Shown here: piece by piece, positions 56,066-64,000 of the stretch
How positions within the stretch are numbered: position 1 is the stretch's first letter
Layout: each line of letters begins with the position of its first letter
Assembly: GCA_963669175.1 (NCBI GenBank)
Contig: OY769902.1
Span: forward strand, 416,001-480,000
Direction of reading: 5' to 3'
Length of the DNA: 64,000 nt
Source of the DNA: a bacterium
GTDB lineage: Bacteria > Electryoneota > Electryoneia > Electryoneales > Electryoneaceae
Notes under the pieces: generated by a model
The model's input: only the letters and a program-made list of their open reading frames with translations
Databases searched by the model: none
Told to the model about the DNA's origin: nothing
Program-made: the position numbers and the translations under genes

Positions 56066-59000
56066 ATGGTCCGCTTACGATTCGCATTCTTGTTCCTGGG
56101 ATTATTCTGTATCTCGATGGCCAGCGCACAGCCCTGGCTGCAATCATACCATGAAAAAGGCATTCAGCCGACTTTCAAGCAGCAGCAGGACGCTTTTTAC
56201 CAGTATTTCGGTGATACGATTGGCAAAAAAGGCAGCGGCTGGAAACAGTTCAAGCGTATTGAATGGTTCCAGGAGAATCGTGTTAATGAACAGGGTTTCA
56301 TGAACAGCCGTGGACTGATTGACGGCTGGCGTGAGTGGAATGAAACCTTCGGGGCGCGTTCCTTTGGGGATGGACTGGATGAGTCCGCCTGGACCAGCAT
56401 CGGCCCGACCCTGACCCAACCCTACTATGTGGGTGGGCTTGGCCGTTTGAACGCAATAGAATTTCACCCGACCAACCCGGATATCATTTACGTTGGCGCA
56501 GCCTCCGGGGGAGTCTGGAAAACCTTGAATCACGGCCAGACCTGGACCCATCTCACGGAAGAACTCCCCCTCTTGGGCGTTGCTGAAATCGTGGTTAATC
56601 CTGAAGATCCGGATATTGTCTACCTTGCTTCCGGCGACCGTGACGCCAGCGACACCTATTCGCTCGGCGTGTTGAAATCTGAGGATGGCGGCCTGACCTG
56701 GAATGAAACCGGGCTCTCCTACGAGGTCGGCGAATTCGGCATGATCAACGGGCTGCAAATGAGTTCGGAAGACACTGATCTGCTTGTCACGGCCACAAAT
56801 GCCGGTATCTATCGTACCACCAATGGCGGAGACTCCTGGACTCTGGAAATGGCCGGAACGAATTTCAAGGAAATCGATGCTCACCCAACAGATGGCGATA
56901 TCTTCCTTGCCTGCCGAACCAGCGAGGGCATCTATCGATCCACCAACGGTGGCGATAGCTGGACAGAGCTTACAAACGGCCTGCCGGGCGATGGGTTCAG
57001 TCGTATTACACTGGATTATTCGGAAGCCGATCCGGATGTGATCTACGCTCTCTATTCATCAGGAAGCACGTTTTATGCTGTTTACAAGAGCGAAGACGGC
57101 GGTGATTCCTGGGAACAGATGGCGACTACTCCCAACCTGCTCGGGTACAACCATGACGGCGACGATGATGGCGGACAGGCATGGTATGACCTGACCATAG
57201 CCGCAGATCCCAATGATGTGAACACGGTTTATACCGGCGGGATCAATATCTGGAAATCCACCGACGGTGGCGAAACCTTTGAAATCAATTCCCACTGGTG
57301 GGGTGATCGTGTTGAACTGGTGCATGCCGACCAGCATTGCCTGGACACCAATGGTGATGTTGTCTATGCCTGCCATGACGGTGGCATCAACTACACGACG
57401 AACGGCGGCGCAACCTGGACAGACATCACGGACGGCCTGGTTATCACCCAGAGTTATTGTATGGGGATGTTCGCCGGTGGTGACACCCCGGACCAGACCC
57501 TGATCGGTAATCAGGACAACGGGACCAACCTGCTCCGTTATGACGAATGGACCAGCGAGCTTGGCGGTGACGGTATGGAATGCGCCGTCCACCCGACCAA
57601 CCCCGATACCATGTACGGAGAACTTTATTACGGCAGCATGTCGCGGACTTTCGATGGCGGTGAAACCTGGGAAGACTGTAACAACGGCGCTGACACTAAC
57701 GGCCCCTGGGTCACACCGTTCATCATTGACCCGGATAACCCTTCTACTCTATACAAAGGAACCAGTAGTATATACAGGAGCACCGACAATGCGTCAACCT
57801 GGGAAGATGTAACCGGTTATCTTGGCTACGTCTACAATCTCGCCCTGGCGCCTTCAAACACTGACATCATTTATGCGAGCGATCATAGCAGTCACTTCTA
57901 CTCAAGCAGTAATGGCGGGAACACCTGGGAAACACAGACCATACCTTCGAGTAATGTGTCCTACCTGGCTGTTGATCCTGAAGATCCAGACATTGTATAT
58001 GCAACGATTGAAAGCTGGAATCCCGGTGTCAAAGTTCTTCGCACTGTAAACGGCGGCTCTACCTGGACGAACATTTCCGGCGATATTCCCAACCTGCCGG
58101 CACATTGTATTGTCGTGCATCCGGATAATCCTGACCATTTGTATGTGGGTATGGAAATCGGTGTTGTGTATTCACCCGATGGTGGCGAAACCTGGGAAGA
58201 CTGGTCTGACGGGTTGCCCAATACTATCGTAACGGAAATGGAACTTCACCAGCCTTCGAATACGCTGGTTTGTTGTACCTTCGGGCGCGGCATGTGGCAA
58301 TCTCCGGCGGAACTGCCCGGCATTGACCCCGAAATCCAGGTTCTGTCTCCCAATGGTGGCGAAGAATTCATGATCGGATTCACCTATGAGCTTTCCTGGA
58401 ACAGCACGGCGATCTATAGCAACGTAAGCATTGAAATCAATGATGATTATCCGGATGGCGACTGGGAAACCATTGTCGCTTCAACCGAGAATGATGGCTC
58501 TTATGACTGGACAGTTGAAGGCAATGCAACTGATAATGCCCGCATTCGCATATCTACTGTCAGCATGGATCCGCAAGTCAGCGATGTGTCCAACGCTTCT
58601 TTTTCGCTGATCAATCCGTCGCTTCATCTTACACGACCCAACGGGGGCGAGACCTGCTATCTTGGGTATGAATACGACATCACTTGGGAATCCAGCGGCG
58701 TGGAGGGCAGTTTGCGCATTCAGTTACGGCGTGAACCGGGGGGTGATTGGGAGACTCTGTTTGATGACCTCCAGGATACGGGGCTGATCGGCTGGACCCC
58801 GGAAGGTGATGAAGCAGAAGAGGCTACTATCCGGATCAGCGCCGTTGACATGAATCCGATCCTGATTGATGAGAGTAATACTACGTTCAGTATTGTCGAT
58901 CCGCACCTGGCCATAGCGCAGCCGAACGGTGGCGAAGAGTGGACCATCGGATCAACCTACTCCGTCATTTTCGATGACAACCTGGGGGAATCCATTTCTA

Positions 59001-59761
59001 TCCTGTTGTTCCGCGATGGCGAACAGGTTCGCACCATTGTAGGTTCTGCTCCCAGCGAGTTTATCTACGAGTGGGCTATCCCGGAAAACCTGCGCCCGGA
59101 TAGCATGTACACTGTTCGTATCAGCAGCACCCTGTATCCGGGAATTCAGGCCAACAGCGCGGCGCCCTTCAGTTTGATTCTTGAACGGCCGGTTCCCCTT
59201 GAGCCGCCTGATGGTGAGGTTATTGTCGCCCAGCCGGTTCATATAGAATGGTCCACCCCACTCGCGGCCAATACCTATAACGTACAGGTGGCGTACGATT
59301 CCCTGTTCACAGACATGTTCGCCGACCTCTCTGTGTCGCAGAACTATGTCAATGCCCAGAATCTGGACAGTGACCGGACATTTTACTGGCGGGTCAAATC
59401 GCTGAATACCGCCGGTGGAAGCAGTGAATGGTCTGATACCTGGAGCTTCAGCACGGGGTTGAATGTTGACGACCGTCAGTTCAGCGGGATGCCGGAAACC
59501 TACAGCCTGGCCGGCGCCTATCCGAACCCGTTCAATCCGACCAACACCATTGTTGTGGCGCTTCCCGAACACGCACGTCTGAAGGTGCAGGTGTTCAACA
59601 TCAATGGCGAACGTGTTAAAACGCTGGCTTCGGGGCCATTTCCGCCAGGGTATCATCGTTTCATCTTTGATGGCGCCCACTTATCCAGCGGCACCTATTT
59701 CGTCCGGGCAATTGTGCAGGGCAAACTCAACGAAATGGCTCGGATTCAGTTGGTTCGGTAA
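56066..59761 (+). CDS. secreted BNR/Asp-box (VPS10-like) beta-propeller protein with Ig-like/FN3 stalk and T9SS CTD
   Basis: repeated S.DGG.TW Asp boxes, HADQH, GNQDNG, GGDG, TFGRGMW; three PNGGE modules; AYPNPFNP...SGTYFV. Confidence 0.88.
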   Translation: MVRLRFAFLFLGLFCISMASAQPWLQSYHEKGIQPTFKQQQDAFYQYFGDTIGKKGSGWKQFKRIEWFQENRVNEQGFMNSRGLIDGWREWNETFGARSFGDGLDESAWTSIGPTLTQPYYVGGLGRLNAIEFHPTNPDIIYVGAASGGVWKTLNHGQTWTHLTEELPLLGVAEIVVNPEDPDIVYLASGDRDASDTYSLGVLKSEDGGLTWNETGLSYEVGEFGMINGLQMSSEDTDLLVTATNAGIYRTTNGGDSWTLEMAGTNFKEIDAHPTDGDIFLACRTSEGIYRSTNGGDSWTELTNGLPGDGFSRITLDYSEADPDVIYALYSSGSTFYAVYKSEDGGDSWEQMATTPNLLGYNHDGDDDGGQAWYDLTIAADPNDVNTVYTGGINIWKSTDGGETFEINSHWWGDRVELVHADQHCLDTNGDVVYACHDGGINYTTNGGATWTDITDGLVITQSYCMGMFAGGDTPDQTLIGNQDNGTNLLRYDEWTSELGGDGMECAVHPTNPDTMYGELYYGSMSRTFDGGETWEDCNNGADTNGPWVTPFIIDPDNPSTLYKGTSSIYRSTDNASTWEDVTGYLGYVYNLALAPSNTDIIYASDHSSHFYSSSNGGNTWETQTIPSSNVSYLAVDPEDPDIVYATIESWNPGVKVLRTVNGGSTWTNISGDIPNLPAHCIVVHPDNPDHLYVGMEIGVVYSPDGGETWEDWSDGLPNTIVTEMELHQPSNTLVCCTFGRGMWQSPAELPGIDPEIQVLSPNGGEEFMIGFTYELSWNSTAIYSNVSIEINDDYPDGDWETIVASTENDGSYDWTVEGNATDNARIRISTVSMDPQVSDVSNASFSLINPSLHLTRPNGGETCYLGYEYDITWESSGVEGSLRIQLRREPGGDWETLFDDLQDTGLIGWTPEGDEAEEATIRISAVDMNPILIDESNTTFSIVDPHLAIAQPNGGEEWTIGSTYSVIFDDNLGESISILLFRDGEQVRTIVGSAPSEFIYEWAIPENLRPDSMYTVRISSTLYPGIQANSAAPFSLILERPVPLEPPDGEVIVAQPVHIEWSTPLAANTYNVQVAYDSLFTDMFADLSVSQNYVNAQNLDSDRTFYWRVKSLNTAGGSSEWSDTWSFSTGLNVDDRQFSGMPETYSLAGAYPNPFNPTNTIVVALPEHARLKVQVFNINGERVKTLASGPFPPGYHRFIFDGAHLSSGTYFVRAIVQGKLNEMARIQLVR

Positions 59762-59895
59762 AGACAGGAGAATACTTAACCCCTGGCACTCATGTGACGA
59801 TACTACCAATAAGGGGAAAGCTGGCTGCAGTTATGATTATGTGATAATCGACTACCTTGCACTGGCCAACTTGACTAATCACTCGTGTGGGGAAG

Positions 59896-61977
59896 ATGAT
59901 GGCGTCAAATGGTAGTTTGACTCATGAAGAGCTCTTGGCGGAACTGGCTTGTTTACGGGAGAAACTGGCCGAAGCAGACACTCAGGTAGCTGAACTTCAT
60001 GAAATTCAGCAATGCTTATCCGAATCCCGGGAACTGCTGAACCAGACCGGCAAGCTGGCTCGTGTCGGGGGCTGGGAAATAGACATCCAAACCTGGGATA
60101 TGCTCTGGACCGAAGCGACCAGCCTGATGTATGGCCTGGATGTTGGCTATGTCCCGACTTTCGAGCAGGTAGTATCTTTCTTCACCGAAGAAGACCGTCC
60201 TGTCGTTCGTGAACATGTTCGAAAAGCCATTGAAGAAGGCAAATCCTTCGAGTGTGAATTTCCTGTTTCTACATTAACCGGCCAGCAACTTCGACTCCAT
60301 TTCATGGGCATACCCGTATTCGAAGATGGCGCATGTGTCCGTCTCTGGGGTGTCGTTCAGGATGTTACCAGGCAACGAGACGCAGAAGAGAAGAACCGCG
60401 AAAATGAAGAATTATATCGTCTTATCACCGAAAACGCTCTGGATTTCATCGCAGTAACCAACTCTGAAGGAACCTTCGAATATATCTCACCTTCGGTCCA
60501 CCCCATTTCCGGTTTCACCGTAGAAGAGTACAAGAGGTTTTCAACAGTTGAACGTGTCCACCCCGATGATATTGCCAAAATGATGGAGATCAGGCAGACG
60601 CACAGGGAAGCAATAGAGAAAGGTACCCCTTTTTCCGCCAATGTGGAGTTTCGTGTTCAACATAAAGACGGGCACTGGATCTGGTTACAGGCAAAAACTT
60701 GCACGTTTCCAAGGTTTTCCGGTACTTATGGCTATCACATTTTGTTGGTTGCTCGAGATATTACCGAACAGAAAGAAGCGGAAAAAGAGCGCCTGAAACT
60801 CGAGTCTACTCTTCAGCACGCACAAAAACTGGAAAGTCTTGGCGTACTCGCCGGGGGTATAGCGCACGATTTCAACAATATCCTTGCAGGCATTATCGGC
60901 AATGCAGACCTGGCCCTGATGGAAATGTCCCGTATATCACCTGCCTATGAAATGGTGGAAGATATTGCTCGCGCAGCAGCACATGCAGCAGATCTGACAC
61001 GTCAAATGCTGGCTTATTCAGGTAAAGGACGGTTTGTTGTTGATATCTTGAATATTCAGGACATTATCGAGGAAATGGTCAGCATGATCGAGGTCGCCAT
61101 TTCCCGAAAAGCTGTTGTCCGGTATGAGTTCGCCGATTCGCTGCCTTTGATTGAAGCGGATGCCACCCAGATGCGTCAGGTCATCATGAACCTCGTTACC
61201 AATGCTTCTGAAGCCATTGGCGACAAGAGTGGTGTGATAAGTATCCGGACTGGAGCGGCTTTCCTTGATCAGGAATACCTGGAAGACACCTATTTGAGTG
61301 ATTCCCTGGCCGAGGGAGATTATGTCTTCGTTGAAGTGGCGGACACTGGCTGCGGCATGGATCGGGAAACCCAGCAGAAAATCTTTGACCCCTTCTTTTC
61401 AACGAAGTTCACCGGACGCGGGCTCGGGCTGGCTGCTGTCCTCGGCATTGTTCGTGGACATAATGGCGCGATAAAGATCTACAGCGAACCCGGCAGAGGA
61501 ACCACGATTAAAATTCTGCTCCCGGCAAGTGATAAATCTGTCAATGGCATAAATCATTCTGCCAACGAACAGGACTATTACCAAGGAAGCGGAACGATAT
61601 TACTGGTAGACGATGAAGAGACTGTACGTGCGGTCGGTAAACGAATGCTGATCCGCCTGGGGTTTGAGGTTGTCCTGGCCCGTCACGGCCGTGAGGCAAT
61701 TGAAAAATACCTGGAAAACCCGGATAGCATAACCTGTGTTCTGTTGGACCTGACCATGCCCCATATGGATGGTGAATCAGCCTTCAGGGAGTTCAGACAT
61801 ATCAACTCATCGCTGCCCGTGGTTTTATCAAGCGGCTATAATGAACAGGAAATCAAAAGCCGGTTTGCCGGGAAAGGGCTGGCCGGTTTCATCCAGAAAC
61901 CTTACAAACTCAACGTATTAAGCGATATTCTGAAGAAAGTGCTGAATGGCAACGGGACCGGGAATTTAACCGACTGA
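59896..61977 (+). CDS. PAS-domain hybrid sensor histidine kinase / response regulator
   Basis: two PAS domains (VGGWE; VHPDD...KDG.WIW), LAGGIAHDFNN H-box, NL..NA, DTGCGM, FDPFFSTK, GRGLGL, receiver LLVDDE..DLTMP..KP. Confidence 0.93.
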   Translation: MMASNGSLTHEELLAELACLREKLAEADTQVAELHEIQQCLSESRELLNQTGKLARVGGWEIDIQTWDMLWTEATSLMYGLDVGYVPTFEQVVSFFTEEDRPVVREHVRKAIEEGKSFECEFPVSTLTGQQLRLHFMGIPVFEDGACVRLWGVVQDVTRQRDAEEKNRENEELYRLITENALDFIAVTNSEGTFEYISPSVHPISGFTVEEYKRFSTVERVHPDDIAKMMEIRQTHREAIEKGTPFSANVEFRVQHKDGHWIWLQAKTCTFPRFSGTYGYHILLVARDITEQKEAEKERLKLESTLQHAQKLESLGVLAGGIAHDFNNILAGIIGNADLALMEMSRISPAYEMVEDIARAAAHAADLTRQMLAYSGKGRFVVDILNIQDIIEEMVSMIEVAISRKAVVRYEFADSLPLIEADATQMRQVIMNLVTNASEAIGDKSGVISIRTGAAFLDQEYLEDTYLSDSLAEGDYVFVEVADTGCGMDRETQQKIFDPFFSTKFTGRGLGLAAVLGIVRGHNGAIKIYSEPGRGTTIKILLPASDKSVNGINHSANEQDYYQGSGTILLVDDEETVRAVGKRMLIRLGFEVVLARHGREAIEKYLENPDSITCVLLDLTMPHMDGESAFREFRHINSSLPVVLSSGYNEQEIKSRFAGKGLAGFIQKPYKLNVLSDILKKVLNGNGTGNLTD

Positions 61978-61998
61978 CCCGGCCGCTTCACTTTCAGG

Positions 61999-63780
61999 TC
62001 ATTTTACCAGTGTAATTTTACTGATATGCTGTTCCTGTTCGTAACGGACTTGCAGGAAATAGATCCCGGATGCCCAGGAATGCCCATACAGGGAATAAGG
62101 ATATAAACCCGGCTGTACCGCCTGCTTCATCGTATGGACTTCCCGCCCGAGAATATCGTACACATTCACATGCAGCATACCAGCTCGTGGTATGGCTATA
62201 TCCATCTCAGTCATGGAATTAAACGGGTTCGGATGAAGGTTACGAACGGCGAACTTCTCCGGAATTCCGGTTCCTGCCGACTCGGGGGCGTCCAGTGAAC
62301 TGAACCGCCAGATAACTTTAGTAATGCCGCCGTAGAACCCATCGTCTATTTCGACATACAGCGAATCGCCACTGAACACATACACTCCCGAGATGTTCGA
62401 ATCCGAGATCATCCCGCCGCGAAAATACCACCGGTACTCGAGATCATAAGCCTCGGGGTCATGTGCTTCCACAATAAAATGGACAAAATCTCCCCACTCA
62501 TATCCCTCGAGTGTCAAAGACTGGGGACTGCGTGAATCAACAACCGGCGCCTGGTTCTGGTTGTAAAAACGTGCGCCCATGTCACCAACGGTGCCATCGT
62601 CATCCACTTCCCCGCATATACAAGCGTCAACGCACGGCGAGTTGGATCGTATTCTCAGGTAATCCGGCCCTTCGATAACAACATCTGTACGGAGCAGGGG
62701 CTCGGCTTCAAGGTTCCCCTCGCCATCATACACTTCACCGTAATAGACCCCGTAATTGTTATCGTAGTAGCACGAGTAATTCGAAGCTACCCGAATGGTT
62801 GGCGAACGAACAGCAAAGCCGCTGGCCCCCTGGATGATATTTCCGCACAGGGTAGGATTCGTACTCCTGGCGCCGATATAGATGCCGTCACGTAAATCCA
62901 CCTCGTTTGCGCCCGCATTGTAGATGGTATTTTGAATCAATTGGATGGATCTGCTGGCATCCAGAAAGATACCGGAACTGCGTGTCCATGCTACGATATT
63001 TCGTGTGAGGGTGGAATAACCGCAGTCATCCATATAAATGCCACGCAACATGGCGTCCATGATGACATTTTCACGAATTGTCGCATTGGTGCAATTGACC
63101 AGGCGGATGCCATTGCCTTCAAATTCCTTGATCAGTGTACCCTGGATAACAGGGGATGCGCGGTTGGTGAAGTAAATGCCATCTTCCCCACCCCAACCAC
63201 CACTCAAGACGCAGTCAATGATCTGTGCATCACTGCCGTTTCCGGAAATACTGTGCCCTTCCACAGAGCCATACCGGTTTGTGATATAGCACCCCTGGAT
63301 GATCGGTCTGCCACTGATGATGCTGATGTTGTTGTCTTCAGCGCCATGAATATGGGAATTTGTAATCCTGGCCTGGGTTTCATGAAAAACAACATTCTTC
63401 TCGCCATACATAATGGATGCACAATTGATGACACTGTTTGCAGCAGTGATAGTACTCAGTGTGATACCCCGCCACGCACCGGGAATACCCGCATTCAATG
63501 GACGAAAGACCACGGAATCACCGGGTTCACCCTGAACCTGCAGGTTACCGTTTACCCAAAGCCCGTATCCGGATTCAAAAAAGATTTCTACGCCGGGTTC
63601 AATGACAAGTGTTCTGTGGGCGGGAACATAAACTGTATCGTCAAAGACATAGTATGGGTTGCCGTTGGCGCGCAGTGTATCGAATAAGGCGCCCCTGAGT
63701 TCGGTTTCGCCCTGCGCGGAAAAAGGCGCTGCCGTACATACGAATAAAATGAGAAAAAACAACGTAATGCCCTGTTTCAT
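61999..63780 (-). CDS. secreted right-handed beta-helix repeat protein with T9SS CTD
   Basis: TLVIEPGV..F, W.GI, GI.. beta-helix rungs, SPCVD...DMGA, LHPNPFNS...SGIYFL...KITLVK. Confidence 0.85.
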   Translation of the reverse strand: MKQGITLFFLILFVCTAAPFSAQGETELRGALFDTLRANGNPYYVFDDTVYVPAHRTLVIEPGVEIFFESGYGLWVNGNLQVQGEPGDSVVFRPLNAGIPGAWRGITLSTITAANSVINCASIMYGEKNVVFHETQARITNSHIHGAEDNNISIISGRPIIQGCYITNRYGSVEGHSISGNGSDAQIIDCVLSGGWGGEDGIYFTNRASPVIQGTLIKEFEGNGIRLVNCTNATIRENVIMDAMLRGIYMDDCGYSTLTRNIVAWTRSSGIFLDASRSIQLIQNTIYNAGANEVDLRDGIYIGARSTNPTLCGNIIQGASGFAVRSPTIRVASNYSCYYDNNYGVYYGEVYDGEGNLEAEPLLRTDVVIEGPDYLRIRSNSPCVDACICGEVDDDGTVGDMGARFYNQNQAPVVDSRSPQSLTLEGYEWGDFVHFIVEAHDPEAYDLEYRWYFRGGMISDSNISGVYVFSGDSLYVEIDDGFYGGITKVIWRFSSLDAPESAGTGIPEKFAVRNLHPNPFNSMTEMDIAIPRAGMLHVNVYDILGREVHTMKQAVQPGLYPYSLYGHSWASGIYFLQVRYEQEQHISKITLVK

Positions 63781-63889
63781 GCAAACCTCGTCTTTTTGCA
63801 CTACGTTACGCTTGAGTATCAATTGGTAATCGTTAATGATGAAGGTATAACTGTTCTCGATTTTATTCCAACATAATAGAGATTACCGG

Positions 63890-63971
63890 GAAAAGGGGAC
63901 GGGATCCTTTTCCTCGCACGCATTCAGAATACGCTTGCAGCATTCATAGAAAAGGAAACTGTCCCCTTTTC
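63890..63971. repeat. REP-like inverted doublet (AAAAGGGGAC family), third copy
   Basis: gaaaaggggacgggatccttttc + 36 nt + gaaaaggaaactgtccccttttc; same 82-bp length as 2809-2890. Confidence 0.8.
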
Positions 63972-64000
63972 CGTGTGATTCCTGCCTGCTCGCAAGAAAA

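Overview
Bacterial chromosomal window, moderately GC-rich in its coding regions. It probably comes from an FCB-superphylum lineage outside the classic Bacteroidia (inference: SprA, a PorV-family gene and several 'PNPFN'-type T9SS C-terminal domains are present, but there is no SusC/SusD pair). About 27 kb (3.3-30.5 kb) is a LacI-controlled beta-mannoside utilisation locus in two convergent arms. It encodes GH130, an ABC binding protein and two permeases, an unknown (alpha/alpha) protein, a 4x CBM-like T9SS cargo, a TonB receptor / 1122-aa partner / PorV triad, a GH2 beta-mannosidase, a PPIase-like protein, DUF1861, a Gfo/Idh/MocA oxidoreductase and a GDE-like enzyme. A 22-bp perfect operator palindrome occurs twice. 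Many of its intergenic gaps hold AT-rich short-period repeat cassettes or REP/REPIN-like doublets from several families. The rest of the window carries a ~2290-aa T9SS surface protein with a recurring ELD(E/D) motif at domain junctions, tryptophanase, kdsB, glmS, sprA, an NYN-LOTUS protein with a very long disordered tail, a possible head-less CCA-enzyme homologue, a BNR-propeller T9SS cargo, a PAS hybrid kinase and a beta-helix T9SS cargo. No rRNA, tRNA, CRISPR array or intact transposase was seen. All family calls are from motif recognition by eye, not database searches.
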